DNA of 26,238 nt from Breznakia sp. PF5-3 (GCF_029504745.1 NZ_JAQFIQ010000033.1:1-26238); one strand, 5' to 3'; shown: positions 1 through 8,858, counted from the first letter of the stretch. Translations and numbers: made by a program. The notes: generated by a model not told the origin, from the letters alone.

Positions 1-92
1 CAAACTAAAAGGATTATCCCCTGTAGCATACAGAGAACAATCCTCAAGTTTAAGCGCTTAAATAATAACGTGTCCAACTTTATGGGTTCACA
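1..92 (+). mobile_element. 3' end of an IS3-family (IS150-group-like) insertion sequence. It comprises the last 19 codons of the transposase (frame 2, stop TAA at 59-61) plus the right terminal inverted repeat, which ends in CA at 92.
   Basis: Frame-2 translation of 2-61 is KLKGLSPVAYREQSSSLSA*, which matches the typical ..L.G(L/M)SPV.YR.. C-terminus of IS3-family OrfB transposases. Bases 70-92 (GTGTCCAACTTTATGGGTTCACA) read on the reverse complement as TGTGAACCCATAAAGTTGGACAC. That resembles the TG..ACCC..AAAGTTGGACA ends I recall for IS150-group elements. The element body lies outside the window. Confidence 0.6.
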
Positions 93-113
93 TCAGTATA
101 GCAGTTCTCTTTT

Positions 114-506
114 TTATTGATTTTCATTATTTACAGATTTAGGATTTCTTTTTTTGTTGTATCGAATAATTAATAGTGTAATGATGGCAAGAGCACTGTC
201 AAAAAACAAACGTGATTGAGTGTCCCCAACTTCTTTACTTCCTATAAGTTCGATACCATTGATGTCCTTTTGTGTAATCAAGGAAGAAATATCTAAGATG
301 ATGAATATTATAAATATAATTATTGCTAGTATACCAAATATCATTCCTTTACTAGGTTCTTCTTTCATAGCACAATACATAGTTCTTATACAGTATATAG
401 CGAATAACAACAAGGCAATCATTTTTAAAGTTCCCATACTTGATTCAATACTTGTTGTGTATCCACTATCTGGATAAAAATATCCAAATAATATATTAAA
501 TTGCAT
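114..506 (-). CDS. Hypothetical small integral membrane protein with about 3-4 hydrophobic segments and no recognisable family.
   Basis: The ORF track gives 114-524. The second ATG (504-506) is preceded by GGAGGG (513-518 on the minus strand) at 6-nt spacing, so MQFNILF... is the more likely start. Hydrophobic stretches include MIALLLFAIYCI, MIFGILAIIIFIIFIIL and ALAIITLLII. A minus-strand extended -10 (TGATATAAT) lies at 530-538. Confidence 0.6.
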   Translation of the reverse strand: MQFNILFGYFYPDSGYTTSIESSMGTLKMIALLLFAIYCIRTMYCAMKEEPSKGMIFGILAIIIFIIFIILDISSLITQKDINGIELIGSKEVGDTQSRLFFDSALAIITLLIIRYNKKRNPKSVNNENQ

Positions 507-568
507 TTTATACCCTCCAAACATTTTTAATTATATCATTTTCTTGTGTGCTATGCGAGATGAACCAG

Positions 569-598
569 TTGACAAATATGCAACTCTCTGCATATAAT
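569..598 (+). promoter_or_regulatory. Sigma-A-type promoter for the MarR-PEBP operon: TTGACA at 569-574, an 18-nt spacer, and TATAAT at 593-598.
   Basis: Both hexamers are perfect consensus, lie 33 nt upstream of the ATG at 631, and are followed by a GGAGG RBS at 620-624. Confidence 0.7.
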
Positions 599-615
599 AG
601 GCACAAGGTGCATAT
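576..615. promoter_or_regulatory. Candidate MarR operator. It is a perfect inverted repeat, ATATGCA (576-582) N6 TGCATAT (589-595), inside the promoter spacer and -10. A third TGCATAT half-site lies at 609-615.
   Basis: The palindrome was read directly from the sequence. Its position over the -10 of the regulator's own promoter is the classic MarR autoregulation layout. Confidence 0.5.
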
Positions 616-630
616 TTTTGGAGGTGTTGT

Positions 631-1068
631 ATGGATCAAGAAAGAGCAAGACAAAGGATTTTTATGAATATCTTTTTGTTGGCGAATAAAATGCAGGTTG
701 AGGGAGATAAGTTAGCAGATGATCTAACTTTGAAGCAATGGATGTTGCTGCTTTTGTTGTTTAGAAGGAATAGTAAGGATTGTACGATAAATGAATTGGC
801 TAAGATGATGAGTATCACAAGACAAAGTGCTAAAAAGTTAGTTACCAGTTTATCAGCGACAGGATATTTGGATGTTACAAAATCAGTATTGGATAGTCGT
901 GCTCTTTGTGTGAATCCAACCGATAAAGCAAAATCTTTTTTTAAACAGAATAAAGATATGGGGAATGCCTATCTTAATGAAGTCTTTGTTGATATAAGTG
1001 AAGATGAATTACTTATAGTGATGCAAGTATTTGAAAAAATGAAGAAGAATTTAAAGGTTGGTGAGTAA
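631..1068 (+). CDS. MarR-family winged-helix transcriptional regulator.
   Basis: The product is 145 aa. The HTH/wing region INELAKMMSITRQSAKKLVTSLSATGYLD...DSRA is typical of MarR. The gene is the first of a two-gene operon behind a palindromic operator. Confidence 0.8.
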   Translation: MDQERARQRIFMNIFLLANKMQVEGDKLADDLTLKQWMLLLLLFRRNSKDCTINELAKMMSITRQSAKKLVTSLSATGYLDVTKSVLDSRALCVNPTDKAKSFFKQNKDMGNAYLNEVFVDISEDELLIVMQVFEKMKKNLKVGE

Positions 1069-1072
1069 AGAA

Positions 1073-1564
1073 ATGCAAAATTTAAAAGTTACTAGTACAG
1101 CTTTTGTTCATAAGGGAGAAATTCCAATTCAATATACAGGCTGGGGAAAGGATATATCACCTGAACTTATTCTAGATAACCTTGATGAAAAGGCAATATC
1201 AATTGCTATTATTATGGATGATTTAGATCATCCAATTAGTATGCTTGTCAATCGTGATTATAATCATTGGTTGATTTGGAATATTCCAGCACAAAAGGTA
1301 GTACCAGAAAATATTACTCATGGAAAGCAAGTTAAGGAACTTGAAGGTGCTATACAAGGACTTGCTTATGGAAAATATCGCTATGCTGGACCTAAACCAC
1401 CTAGGTTTTTAAAGAAAGCGCATCGTTATGGATTTCATGTATATGTATTAGATAGGATGTTAGATTTAAAGGCGGAAGTGAAAAAGAAAGAATTTTTAGA
1501 GATAATAAAACCGTATGTTCTTCAAACAGGATATCTTGAGGGTTATTATCAGAATAAAAAATAG
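1073..1564 (+). CDS. YbhB/YbcL-type PEBP (phosphatidylethanolamine-binding / Raf-kinase-inhibitor-like) family protein.
   Basis: Motifs seen are MDDLDHP...HWLIWNIP and HRYGFHVYVLD, the PEBP signature D.D.P...H and HRY.F.(V/L)YAL. The ORF track starts at TTG 1058. ATG 1073, preceded by GGTGAG about 8 nt upstream, is more plausible. Confidence 0.8.
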   Translation: MQNLKVTSTAFVHKGEIPIQYTGWGKDISPELILDNLDEKAISIAIIMDDLDHPISMLVNRDYNHWLIWNIPAQKVVPENITHGKQVKELEGAIQGLAYGKYRYAGPKPPRFLKKAHRYGFHVYVLDRMLDLKAEVKKKEFLEIIKPYVLQTGYLEGYYQNKK

Positions 1565-1585
1565 AACCAGCATTTGCTGGTTTTA
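1565..1585. terminator. Bidirectional rho-independent terminator between convergent genes.
   Basis: The hairpin is AACCAGC (1565-1571), loop ATTT, GCTGGTT (1576-1582), followed by TTATT. It is preceded by an A-rich run on the other strand and sits between the stops at 1564 (+) and 1591 (-). Confidence 0.75.
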
Positions 1586-1590
1586 TTAAT

Positions 1591-2460
1591 TTAAATTGTA
1601 GTCTGCAAAACCATGTTGAAGATGGCAGTACCATAAATTTTGATATCATGTCCATTTGGGTTTCGAATTGCAGAAACTTTCACATTACCTTCTTTATTCA
1701 CTTGTTTTCCTTGATATATATTAAGAAACAATTCATCAATATCAGAATAGATATAATCTAGTGCATATACGCCCATTACTCCAGATGCGGTACCGGTTAC
1801 AGAATCTTCTTTTGTTTTTGAAAAGGGAGAAGAAAAATGTCTTGCATGAAAAATGTATTTGTCTTTATCGGTTATTGAAAATGGGTGAACAGAACTTTTT
1901 GGTATCGCATTTAAAAGGGAAGGGAATTGTTCATTATCAGCTTTCATTTTATCCAATATAGCTTCACTTTTTACAGGGACTAACAAAGTCCATGATCCAG
2001 TATTTCCATAAACGATGGGGAGGTCACATAAGTCATTTGTGGATATGTGTAAACTCGCACATAATTGTTCTTTGTTTCCATCAAAAAGTATTGTTTTTGG
2101 TTTGGCATGTTGCATTTCTATCGCTTTTGTTTTGTGTTTATAATTGATATCTAATAGGCCTGCTTTTGTTTCAATCTTGAATACATGGTCTTTTTGGAAA
2201 GCTTGAGCTAAATAGAAGATTGCTGCCATGGTTGCATGTCCACATAATGGGGTTTCATAACCAGGTGTAAAATAGCGTAAGTAAATGTCCGCTTGTTTTG
2301 ATTTGCATATAAAAACGCATTCATTGAAGCCTATATCATGAGCGATTTTTTGCATCTCTTCATCACTGTATTGATCACCATCTGGAATTACTCCAGCAGG
2401 ATTTCCCTGTCCTGGAATAGTGGTGAAAGCATCTATTTGGTAAACGTTAACCTGTTTCAT
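1591..2460 (-). CDS. PhzF-family (phenazine biosynthesis-like) isomerase/epimerase-fold protein.
   Basis: The product is 289 aa. The N-terminus VYQIDAFTT.PGQGNPAGV and the internal FFTPGYETPLCGHAT are characteristic of the PhzF/YddE family. A GAGGAA RBS lies upstream. Confidence 0.8.
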   Translation of the reverse strand: MKQVNVYQIDAFTTIPGQGNPAGVIPDGDQYSDEEMQKIAHDIGFNECVFICKSKQADIYLRYFTPGYETPLCGHATMAAIFYLAQAFQKDHVFKIETKAGLLDINYKHKTKAIEMQHAKPKTILFDGNKEQLCASLHISTNDLCDLPIVYGNTGSWTLLVPVKSEAILDKMKADNEQFPSLLNAIPKSSVHPFSITDKDKYIFHARHFSSPFSKTKEDSVTGTASGVMGVYALDYIYSDIDELFLNIYQGKQVNKEGNVKVSAIRNPNGHDIKIYGTAIFNMVLQTTI

Positions 2461-2669
2461 AATATTTCCTCATCTCTTTTTTTGATATAAGAGTATTCTA
2501 TCATATATTTTTAATTTAAAACTAGGCAAAAGGATTTGAAAGATTGTGAAAAAATGTTAATATTAATAATACAACTGGAATAATATAGGGAATAGAGAAG
2601 CATCTCTATTTTTTCATTATTAGGATGATAAAATTAACTTCTAGTTGGCAGTATTTTTGAATAAAAAAA

Positions 2670-2678
2670 TGATATAAT
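2670..2678 (+). promoter_or_regulatory. Candidate extended -10 promoter (TGATATAAT) for uvrA.
   Basis: A TGnTATAAT motif lies 22 nt upstream of the ATG at 2701, with an AAGGTGAG RBS at 2691-2698. No good -35 hexamer is present. Confidence 0.35.
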
Positions 2679-2700
2679 AATAGGCAGGTAAGGTGAGCAA

Positions 2701-5529
2701 ATGAAAAACGAAATAATCTCCATTAAAGGGGCCAGAGAGAATAACTTAAAAGATATTAGTCTTGATATACCTAGAAATAAGTTTGTAATTATGACTGGAG
2801 TATCAGGTTCAGGAAAAACTTCACTTGCGTTTGACACAATTTATGCAGAGGGTCAACGTCGTTATGTGGAGTCTTTAAGTGCGTATGCACGGCAGTTTTT
2901 AGGAAATAGTGAAAAACCAGATGTAGATAGTATTGAAGGATTGTCTCCATCGATTTCTATTGACCAAAAAACAACTAGTAACAATCCAAGATCAACTGTA
3001 GGAACGGCTACGGAAATCTATGATTATTTACGGTTGTTGTATGCAAGGGTTGGAGTACCATATTGTCCAAATCATAATGAGCCAATTACATCTCAAACAA
3101 TTAAACAAATGGTTGATCAAGTGATGGAGTTGGAGGATAAAACACGTATTCAAATTTTAGCACCTGTTGTTCATAACAAGAAGGGTACACATAAAGACTT
3201 GTTGGAAAAGCTTTTGAAGGAAGGATATGTCCGTGCTCGTATTGATGGTGAAGTAAAACTGATTGAAGAAGTAGAAGCATTAGAAAAAAATAAGCGTCAT
3301 GATATTCACGTGGTTGTCGATCGTATTGTAAAGGGAAATGATCGTGGTAGGATTCATGATTCTTTAGAGACGGCATTAAAACTTGGTGATGGATTAGCTG
3401 TCGTTACGTTTGGTGATAAAGAGTTGTTGTTTTCTTCAAATTATTCGTGTAAGTATTGTGGCTTTAATGTACCTAAATTAGAACCGCGTTTATTCTCTTT
3501 TAATGCACCTTTTGGAGCTTGTGATACTTGTAAAGGGTTGGGGATTACACAACGTGTAGATTTGGATATTTTAATACCTGATCGTAATCTTTCAATTATG
3601 CAAGGTGGTATAGTATATTATAAAAATATTCTTCGTAAAGATAATTTAGAGTGGCAGCGTTTTAAGGCGTTGTGCGATCATTATAAAATTGATTTGGATA
3701 AACCACTTAAGAAATTCACAAAGAAGGAAATGGATGTTGTTTTGTATGGTAGTAAAGAACCAATTTCATATAAAATGTATTCAAAGTCAGGAAATGTGAC
3801 GAGCAAAACAGAATTTATTGAAGGTGTTGTAACATTGATTGAAAGACGTTTTATGGAAACGACTTCTTCTTTCTCTAGAGAGTGGTATGCATCGTTTATG
3901 ATGGAAGATACATGTCCGGATTGTGGTGGTCGTAGATTAAATGAAATTGCCCTTAGTGTCCGCGTGGGTGGTTTAAATATTTATGAATGGACACAGATGA
4001 GTATTAAGCAAGCGATTCAGTTTATGAAGGATTTAAAGCTTACTACGCAGGAAAAAGCGATTGCGAATATGATTTTAAAAGAAATTGAAAATCGTTTGGT
4101 GTTCTTAAATGATGTAGGATTAAACTATTTAACATTGGATCGCTTAGCAGGAACTTTAAGTGGTGGAGAAGCACAGCGTATTCGTTTGGCAACACAGATT
4201 GGATCGCATCTGACTGGTGTTTTATATGTTCTTGATGAACCAAGCATTGGGTTACATCAAAGAGATAATGATCGTCTGATTGATTCACTTAAGAAAATGC
4301 GAGATTTAGGAAATACTTTGGTAGTTGTTGAACATGATGAAGAAACAATGCGTCAAAGTGATTATATTGTTGATATTGGCCCTGGAGCAGGAATTCATGG
4401 CGGAGAAGTTGTCGCCCATGGAACACTGGAAGAAATCATTGATAATACGGATAGTGTAACGGCGAATTATTTGAGTGGTCGATCAAAGATTGAAATTCCT
4501 AAAGAACGCAAAAAGGGTAATGGTAAAAGTATTCAAATTGTCAAAGGTAGTGAAAATAATTTAAAAGATGTGGATGTGAAGTTCCCGCTTGGTACACTTA
4601 GCGTTGTTACTGGTGTAAGTGGTAGTGGTAAGAGTAGTTTGGTAAATGAAATATTATCAAAAGGAATTGCTCATTCACTTGGTAGAGTACGTGTAAAGCC
4701 AGGAAAATATAAACAAATTAAAGGTGTTAAAAACATTGATAAGATTATTAATATTTCGCAAGATCCAATTGGTAGAACACCAAGAAGTAATCCTGCAACT
4801 TATACAAGTGTTTTTGATGATATTCGGGATTTATTTTCTAAGACTCCTGAAGCTAAGATTAGAGGGTATGAAAAAGGTAGATTCTCTTTTAATGTAAAGG
4901 GAGGACGTTGTGAAGCTTGTCAAGGGGATGGAATCTTAAGGATTTCGATGCATTTCTTACCAGATGTATATGTACCTTGTGAAGAGTGTGGTGGAAAACG
5001 TTATAATGAAGAAACATTACAAGTAACTTATAAAGGTAAAAATATTTATGATGTGTTAGATATGAGTGTGGAAGAAAGTATTGAATTCTTTAAAAACGTT
5101 CATAAGATTAAACATAAATTACAAACTTTATATGATGTGGGATTAGGATATATAAAGCTTGGACAAAGTGCAACGACCTTAAGTGGTGGGGAAGCACAGC
5201 GTGTAAAGCTTGCTAGTGAACTACAACGAAAGGCAACAGGTAAAACGCTGTTTGTCTTAGATGAGCCAACAACAGGATTGCACAGCAGTGATGTGAAAAC
5301 ATTACTGAGTGTATTAAAACGTATTGTTGATAATGGTGATACAGTTGTGGTAATTGAGCATAATTTGGATGTAATTAAAAGTGCTGATTATATTATTGAT
5401 ATTGGACCAGAAGGTGGAGATGAAGGTGGAACGATTATGGGATGTGGAACACCTGAAGAAATTAGTGAAATAAAAGCATCTTATACAGGTCAATATCTGA
5501 AAAAAGTATTAGAGGAGGATCGCTCATGA
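2701..5529 (+). CDS. uvrA: Excinuclease ABC subunit A (UvrA).
   Basis: The product is 942 aa. It has two ABC ATPase modules (GVSGSGKTSLAFDTIYAEGQRRY; GVSGSGKSSLV), LSGGEAQR signatures in both modules, and zinc-finger Cys pairs (CPDCGG, CEACQGDG...CEECGG). Confidence 0.97.
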   Translation: MKNEIISIKGARENNLKDISLDIPRNKFVIMTGVSGSGKTSLAFDTIYAEGQRRYVESLSAYARQFLGNSEKPDVDSIEGLSPSISIDQKTTSNNPRSTVGTATEIYDYLRLLYARVGVPYCPNHNEPITSQTIKQMVDQVMELEDKTRIQILAPVVHNKKGTHKDLLEKLLKEGYVRARIDGEVKLIEEVEALEKNKRHDIHVVVDRIVKGNDRGRIHDSLETALKLGDGLAVVTFGDKELLFSSNYSCKYCGFNVPKLEPRLFSFNAPFGACDTCKGLGITQRVDLDILIPDRNLSIMQGGIVYYKNILRKDNLEWQRFKALCDHYKIDLDKPLKKFTKKEMDVVLYGSKEPISYKMYSKSGNVTSKTEFIEGVVTLIERRFMETTSSFSREWYASFMMEDTCPDCGGRRLNEIALSVRVGGLNIYEWTQMSIKQAIQFMKDLKLTTQEKAIANMILKEIENRLVFLNDVGLNYLTLDRLAGTLSGGEAQRIRLATQIGSHLTGVLYVLDEPSIGLHQRDNDRLIDSLKKMRDLGNTLVVVEHDEETMRQSDYIVDIGPGAGIHGGEVVAHGTLEEIIDNTDSVTANYLSGRSKIEIPKERKKGNGKSIQIVKGSENNLKDVDVKFPLGTLSVVTGVSGSGKSSLVNEILSKGIAHSLGRVRVKPGKYKQIKGVKNIDKIINISQDPIGRTPRSNPATYTSVFDDIRDLFSKTPEAKIRGYEKGRFSFNVKGGRCEACQGDGILRISMHFLPDVYVPCEECGGKRYNEETLQVTYKGKNIYDVLDMSVEESIEFFKNVHKIKHKLQTLYDVGLGYIKLGQSATTLSGGEAQRVKLASELQRKATGKTLFVLDEPTTGLHSSDVKTLLSVLKRIVDNGDTVVVIEHNLDVIKSADYIIDIGPEGGDEGGTIMGCGTPEEISEIKASYTGQYLKKVLEEDRS

Positions 5530-6464
5530 GTACTCTATGTGTAAAAGAATTTGTCGAACATTTTGATTTTGAAGTCGTTCATGGAAATAAAGAATCTTTA
5601 AAGCGAGTCATTAAAGTTGCAGATACCAATCGAGCGGGATTGGAATTAGCAGGATTTTTTGATTATTCACAACCTAAGCGAATTGTTGTTTTGGGGGATA
5701 AAGAAATCGAATATATAAAGACGATGAGTGAAGAGCATCAGCATCGAAGTTTTGAATTTATCACAGGGGAAGAAACACCACTTTTGATTATTTCAAAGAA
5801 TCATGAGTGTCCAGCAATTTTGGCTGAAATTGCATATCGTAAGAATTTTCCAATTCTTCGCTCAAAAATGCAAACGTCTAGATTGGTTATTAGTATTGTT
5901 TCTTACCTTGATGAAAAATTGGCAAAAATTGATTCTTTGCATGGAGTTTTATTGAGTATTTATGGAAAAGGGGTTTTTATTCGCGGTGAAAGTGGAATGG
6001 GTAAAAGTGAAGTAGCCTTGGATTTAATACGCCGTGGTCATCAATTAATTAGTGATGATTTGGTGGATTGTTATTTGATTCATAATGAAATTATTGGACA
6101 CCCACCAAAATTATTAGAAGGGTTTATTGAATTACGTGGAATTGGGATTGTGAATATTCGTAAATTGTATGGTACAAGTTCAACTTTGCCATTTAAACAT
6201 ATTGATTTTGTTATTGAATTGAAAGCGTGGGATAATAATACGGAGTATGATCGTGTAGGAATTGAGGATACAAAGTATGAAGCGATTTTAGGGGTGAATA
6301 TTCCTAAAATTATCTTACCATTACGAGGTGGTAGAAGTATGGCTACCATTATTGAAAGTGCAGTTACCAATATCGTCTTAAAAGAAGAGGGTTATGATAG
6401 TGCAAAGGATTTTGAAAATCGAGTATTGGCATTTATCGATCAACAAAAAGGAGACGAAGAATGA
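5526..6464 (+). CDS. hprK: HPr kinase/phosphorylase.
   Basis: The product is 312 aa. It has the P-loop GESGMGKSEVALDLIRRGHQLISDD and the ELRGIGIVN signature. Its start overlaps the uvrA stop (ATGA at 5526-5529). Confidence 0.95.
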   Translation: MSTLCVKEFVEHFDFEVVHGNKESLKRVIKVADTNRAGLELAGFFDYSQPKRIVVLGDKEIEYIKTMSEEHQHRSFEFITGEETPLLIISKNHECPAILAEIAYRKNFPILRSKMQTSRLVISIVSYLDEKLAKIDSLHGVLLSIYGKGVFIRGESGMGKSEVALDLIRRGHQLISDDLVDCYLIHNEIIGHPPKLLEGFIELRGIGIVNIRKLYGTSSTLPFKHIDFVIELKAWDNNTEYDRVGIEDTKYEAILGVNIPKIILPLRGGRSMATIIESAVTNIVLKEEGYDSAKDFENRVLAFIDQQKGDEE

Positions 6465-7942
6465 GTTTTTTTCCAGATTTAAAAACATTTTTAAGAATTG
6501 AAATAGGTGATTTTACTTTAAATATTGCATGGTATGCACTTTTGATTTTAGCTGGAGCTATTCTTGCATATTATCTGTCATTGAGAAATGCGAAGAAAAT
6601 TGGTTATGGGAAAGAACTTTTAGAAGATTACTTTTTTATGATGATGCCTTTGGTAATTCTTGGTGCGCGTATTTGGTATGTTATTTTTGAATGGTCAAGT
6701 TATAGTAGTAATCTAGTATCCATTTTCTATATTTGGGAAGGTGGACTAGCGATTCATGGAGGTTTGATTACTGGGATTGTGTTTTCCTATTTCTATTTTC
6801 GTAATCGAGGGGTTAACCTCTTACGAATAGGTGATTGTATCATGCCCAATGTTTTGTTAGCGCAAGCGATTGGACGTTGGGGAAACTTCATGAACCAAGA
6901 AGCGTATGGTCGTATTGTAAGTGAAAAGTATTTTCAAAACTTTCCTTCTTTTATTAAAGATCAGATGTATATTGATGGTGCGTATCGGCAACCGATGTTC
7001 TTATATGAGGGAGTTGGAAATCTAATTGGCTTTATTGTAATTACGTTCTTATATAAAAAATATGGACGTAAGAAACGTGGGGATTTGGTCTATGCGTATG
7101 TTGTATGGTATGGAGTTGTACGCTTTTTCATTGAAATCTTCAGAACTGATGCTTTGATGGCAGGTGGTTTAAAAGTTGCACAGATGACATCCATTGTGTT
7201 TGTTATTGTTGGTCTTTTGGGTATTTTTGGTGTATATAACAAATTGTTTAAGAAGTTTTATCCATTTAAAATTGAGAAACCAGTGGTTTTGTTTGATGCA
7301 GATGGAACCTTGATTGATACCCAAAAATTAATTATGGATAGTTTTCGATTTACCTTTCAAAAATATAAACCTGAATATGAATTAGGTGAAGAAGAGTTGT
7401 GTAGTTTTATGGGTCCTCCATTAAGGGCAACCTTCGAAAAGTATTTTGCAGATGAAATGGTTGATGAAGTGGTAGAAACTTATCGTGAATATAATCATTC
7501 TCATCATAATGATTATGTAAAGGCAATGCCACATGCGAAAGAATTATTAACGTATTTAAAAGAACATGGTTATGAAATTGCAGTAGTGTCAAATAAATTT
7601 AAATCACTTGTTTCATTAGGGTTAGAAATCAGTGGAATAGATTCTTATTTTGATGTTGTTATCGGTGGAGATGAAGTGGAACATCCAAAACCAGATCCTG
7701 AAGGCTTGTTGAAAGCATGTGAACTATTGAAAGTGCCACATGATGAACTTATCTATGTAGGAGATAGTGAAGTAGATGTGAAATCAGCTAAAAATCTTGG
7801 TGCATTTAGTATTGCTTTTGTGAGTGATCCAAAAAGAGAACGGTCATTAAAAGAGACAAAACCATGTCGAATCGTTTATGATTTAGAAGAGATAATAAGT
7901 ATCTTGAAGGAGGATCAAGAATGGAGCGAATTAGTGATTTAA
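6461..7942 (+). CDS. lgt: Fusion protein. The N-terminal part is prolipoprotein diacylglyceryl transferase (Lgt). The C-terminal part is a HAD-IA PpaX / phosphoglycolate-phosphatase-like domain.
   Basis: Lgt motifs seen are WEGGLAIHGGLITG and GRWGNFMNQEAYG. The same frame then carries all four HAD motifs: FDADGT (7292-7309), VVSNK, HPKPDPEG and YVGDSEVD. There is no stop or internal start at the junction. The start overlaps the hprK stop (ATGA). Confidence 0.85.
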   Translation: MSFFPDLKTFLRIEIGDFTLNIAWYALLILAGAILAYYLSLRNAKKIGYGKELLEDYFFMMMPLVILGARIWYVIFEWSSYSSNLVSIFYIWEGGLAIHGGLITGIVFSYFYFRNRGVNLLRIGDCIMPNVLLAQAIGRWGNFMNQEAYGRIVSEKYFQNFPSFIKDQMYIDGAYRQPMFLYEGVGNLIGFIVITFLYKKYGRKKRGDLVYAYVVWYGVVRFFIEIFRTDALMAGGLKVAQMTSIVFVIVGLLGIFGVYNKLFKKFYPFKIEKPVVLFDADGTLIDTQKLIMDSFRFTFQKYKPEYELGEEELCSFMGPPLRATFEKYFADEMVDEVVETYREYNHSHHNDYVKAMPHAKELLTYLKEHGYEIAVVSNKFKSLVSLGLEISGIDSYFDVVIGGDEVEHPKPDPEGLLKACELLKVPHDELIYVGDSEVDVKSAKNLGAFSIAFVSDPKRERSLKETKPCRIVYDLEEIISILKEDQEWSELVI

Positions 7943-8850
7943 TAATTATTGGTGCAGGTCCTGCTGGAATGAGCGCTGCTATTTATGCTTCGCGTGCTGG
8001 CTTGAAAACAATTATGTTGGAAGCTGGTGCCCCAGGAGGAAAGTTAACCAAAACAGATAAAATTGAAAACTGGCCAGGTGTTAATTCAATGAATGGTTTT
8101 GAATTGGCAAATAAAATGTTTATCCATTCTACAAGCTTCGGAGCTGAATATATGTTTGGTAATGTGGTAAGGATTGAGAAATCAAAAGAGGATGGTGACT
8201 ACCATCGGGTTATCTGTGATGATGGTAATGTATATGCTGCTAAGGCAGTGATTGTTGCCACTGGTACCCAAGAACAATTGCTGAATGTAAAAGGTGAAAA
8301 AGAAAATATCGGTCGTGGTGTTTCTTTCTGCGCGGTTTGTGATGGAGCCTTTTTCAAAGATAAAGATATTGCAGTGATTGGGGGCGGTAATGCCGCTTTA
8401 GAAGAAGCTCTTTACTTAGCTGAATTTGCTTCTAAAGTATATATTATTATCCGTCGTGATGTATTTCGCGCGGATCAAATCGTAGTTGATAAGATTATAA
8501 ACAATTCTAAAATTGAAGTAATTCGTGAACGTTTGGTAAGTGAAATTGTCGATGATGGGATGAAGGTTACAGGTGTTAAATTGAAATCAAAAGATGGAAA
8601 TGAAACAGACTTGGCAGTAAGTGCAGTCTTTCCTTATATTGGTGCAGTTCCTACAACAGGATTTCTAAAAGGTGTGGGGATTACAGATGAAAAAGGATAT
8701 ATGATTGTGAACGAAAATATGGAAACATCCATTGCTGGAATTTATGGTGCAGGAGATGTAACAGCTAAAAATCTTCGTCAAGTAGTAACAGCTACAAATG
8801 ATGGTGCAATTGCTGCCCAAAGTGTTATTAAGCAAATAAAAAGTTTATAG
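7921..8850 (+). CDS. trxB: Thioredoxin-disulfide reductase.
   Basis: The product is 309 aa. Motifs seen are GAGPAGMSAAIYASRAGL (FAD), the redox-active CAVCDG, and GGGNAALEEALYL (NADPH). An AAGGAGG RBS at 7906-7912 lies inside the 3' end of the upstream gene, and the two genes overlap by 22 nt. Confidence 0.95.
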   Translation: MERISDLIIIGAGPAGMSAAIYASRAGLKTIMLEAGAPGGKLTKTDKIENWPGVNSMNGFELANKMFIHSTSFGAEYMFGNVVRIEKSKEDGDYHRVICDDGNVYAAKAVIVATGTQEQLLNVKGEKENIGRGVSFCAVCDGAFFKDKDIAVIGGGNAALEEALYLAEFASKVYIIIRRDVFRADQIVVDKIINNSKIEVIRERLVSEIVDDGMKVTGVKLKSKDGNETDLAVSAVFPYIGAVPTTGFLKGVGITDEKGYMIVNENMETSIAGIYGAGDVTAKNLRQVVTATNDGAIAAQSVIKQIKSL

Positions 8851-8858
8851 TAATATAG

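Noticed and set aside
220-477. An 85-aa plus-strand ORF lying antisense to the membrane-protein gene.
   Set aside because: It lies entirely within a better-supported minus-strand CDS and has no RBS. Its Ile/Leu/Ser-rich composition is what an AT-rich hydrophobic gene yields on its opposite strand.
2592-2614. An AT-rich hairpin, ATAGAGA-AGCA-TCTCTAT, followed by TTTTT upstream of uvrA. It looks like a terminator or attenuator.
   Set aside because: No plus-strand gene ends upstream of it, because the PEBP gene is already terminated at 1565-1585. The 7-bp stem is weak. A leader attenuator fed by a possible upstream promoter (TTGAAA at 2536, TAATAT at 2558) is conceivable but unsupported.
2461-2700. 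A search for a LexA/Cheo SOS box (CGAAC-N4-GTTCG) upstream of uvrA.
   Set aside because: The interval contains no GAAC or GTTC tetramer at all, so no SOS box is called.
2634-2837. A 67-aa minus-strand ORF overlapping the uvrA start and promoter.
   Set aside because: It overlaps the highly conserved uvrA Walker A coding region in antisense. It has no RBS and is most likely spurious.
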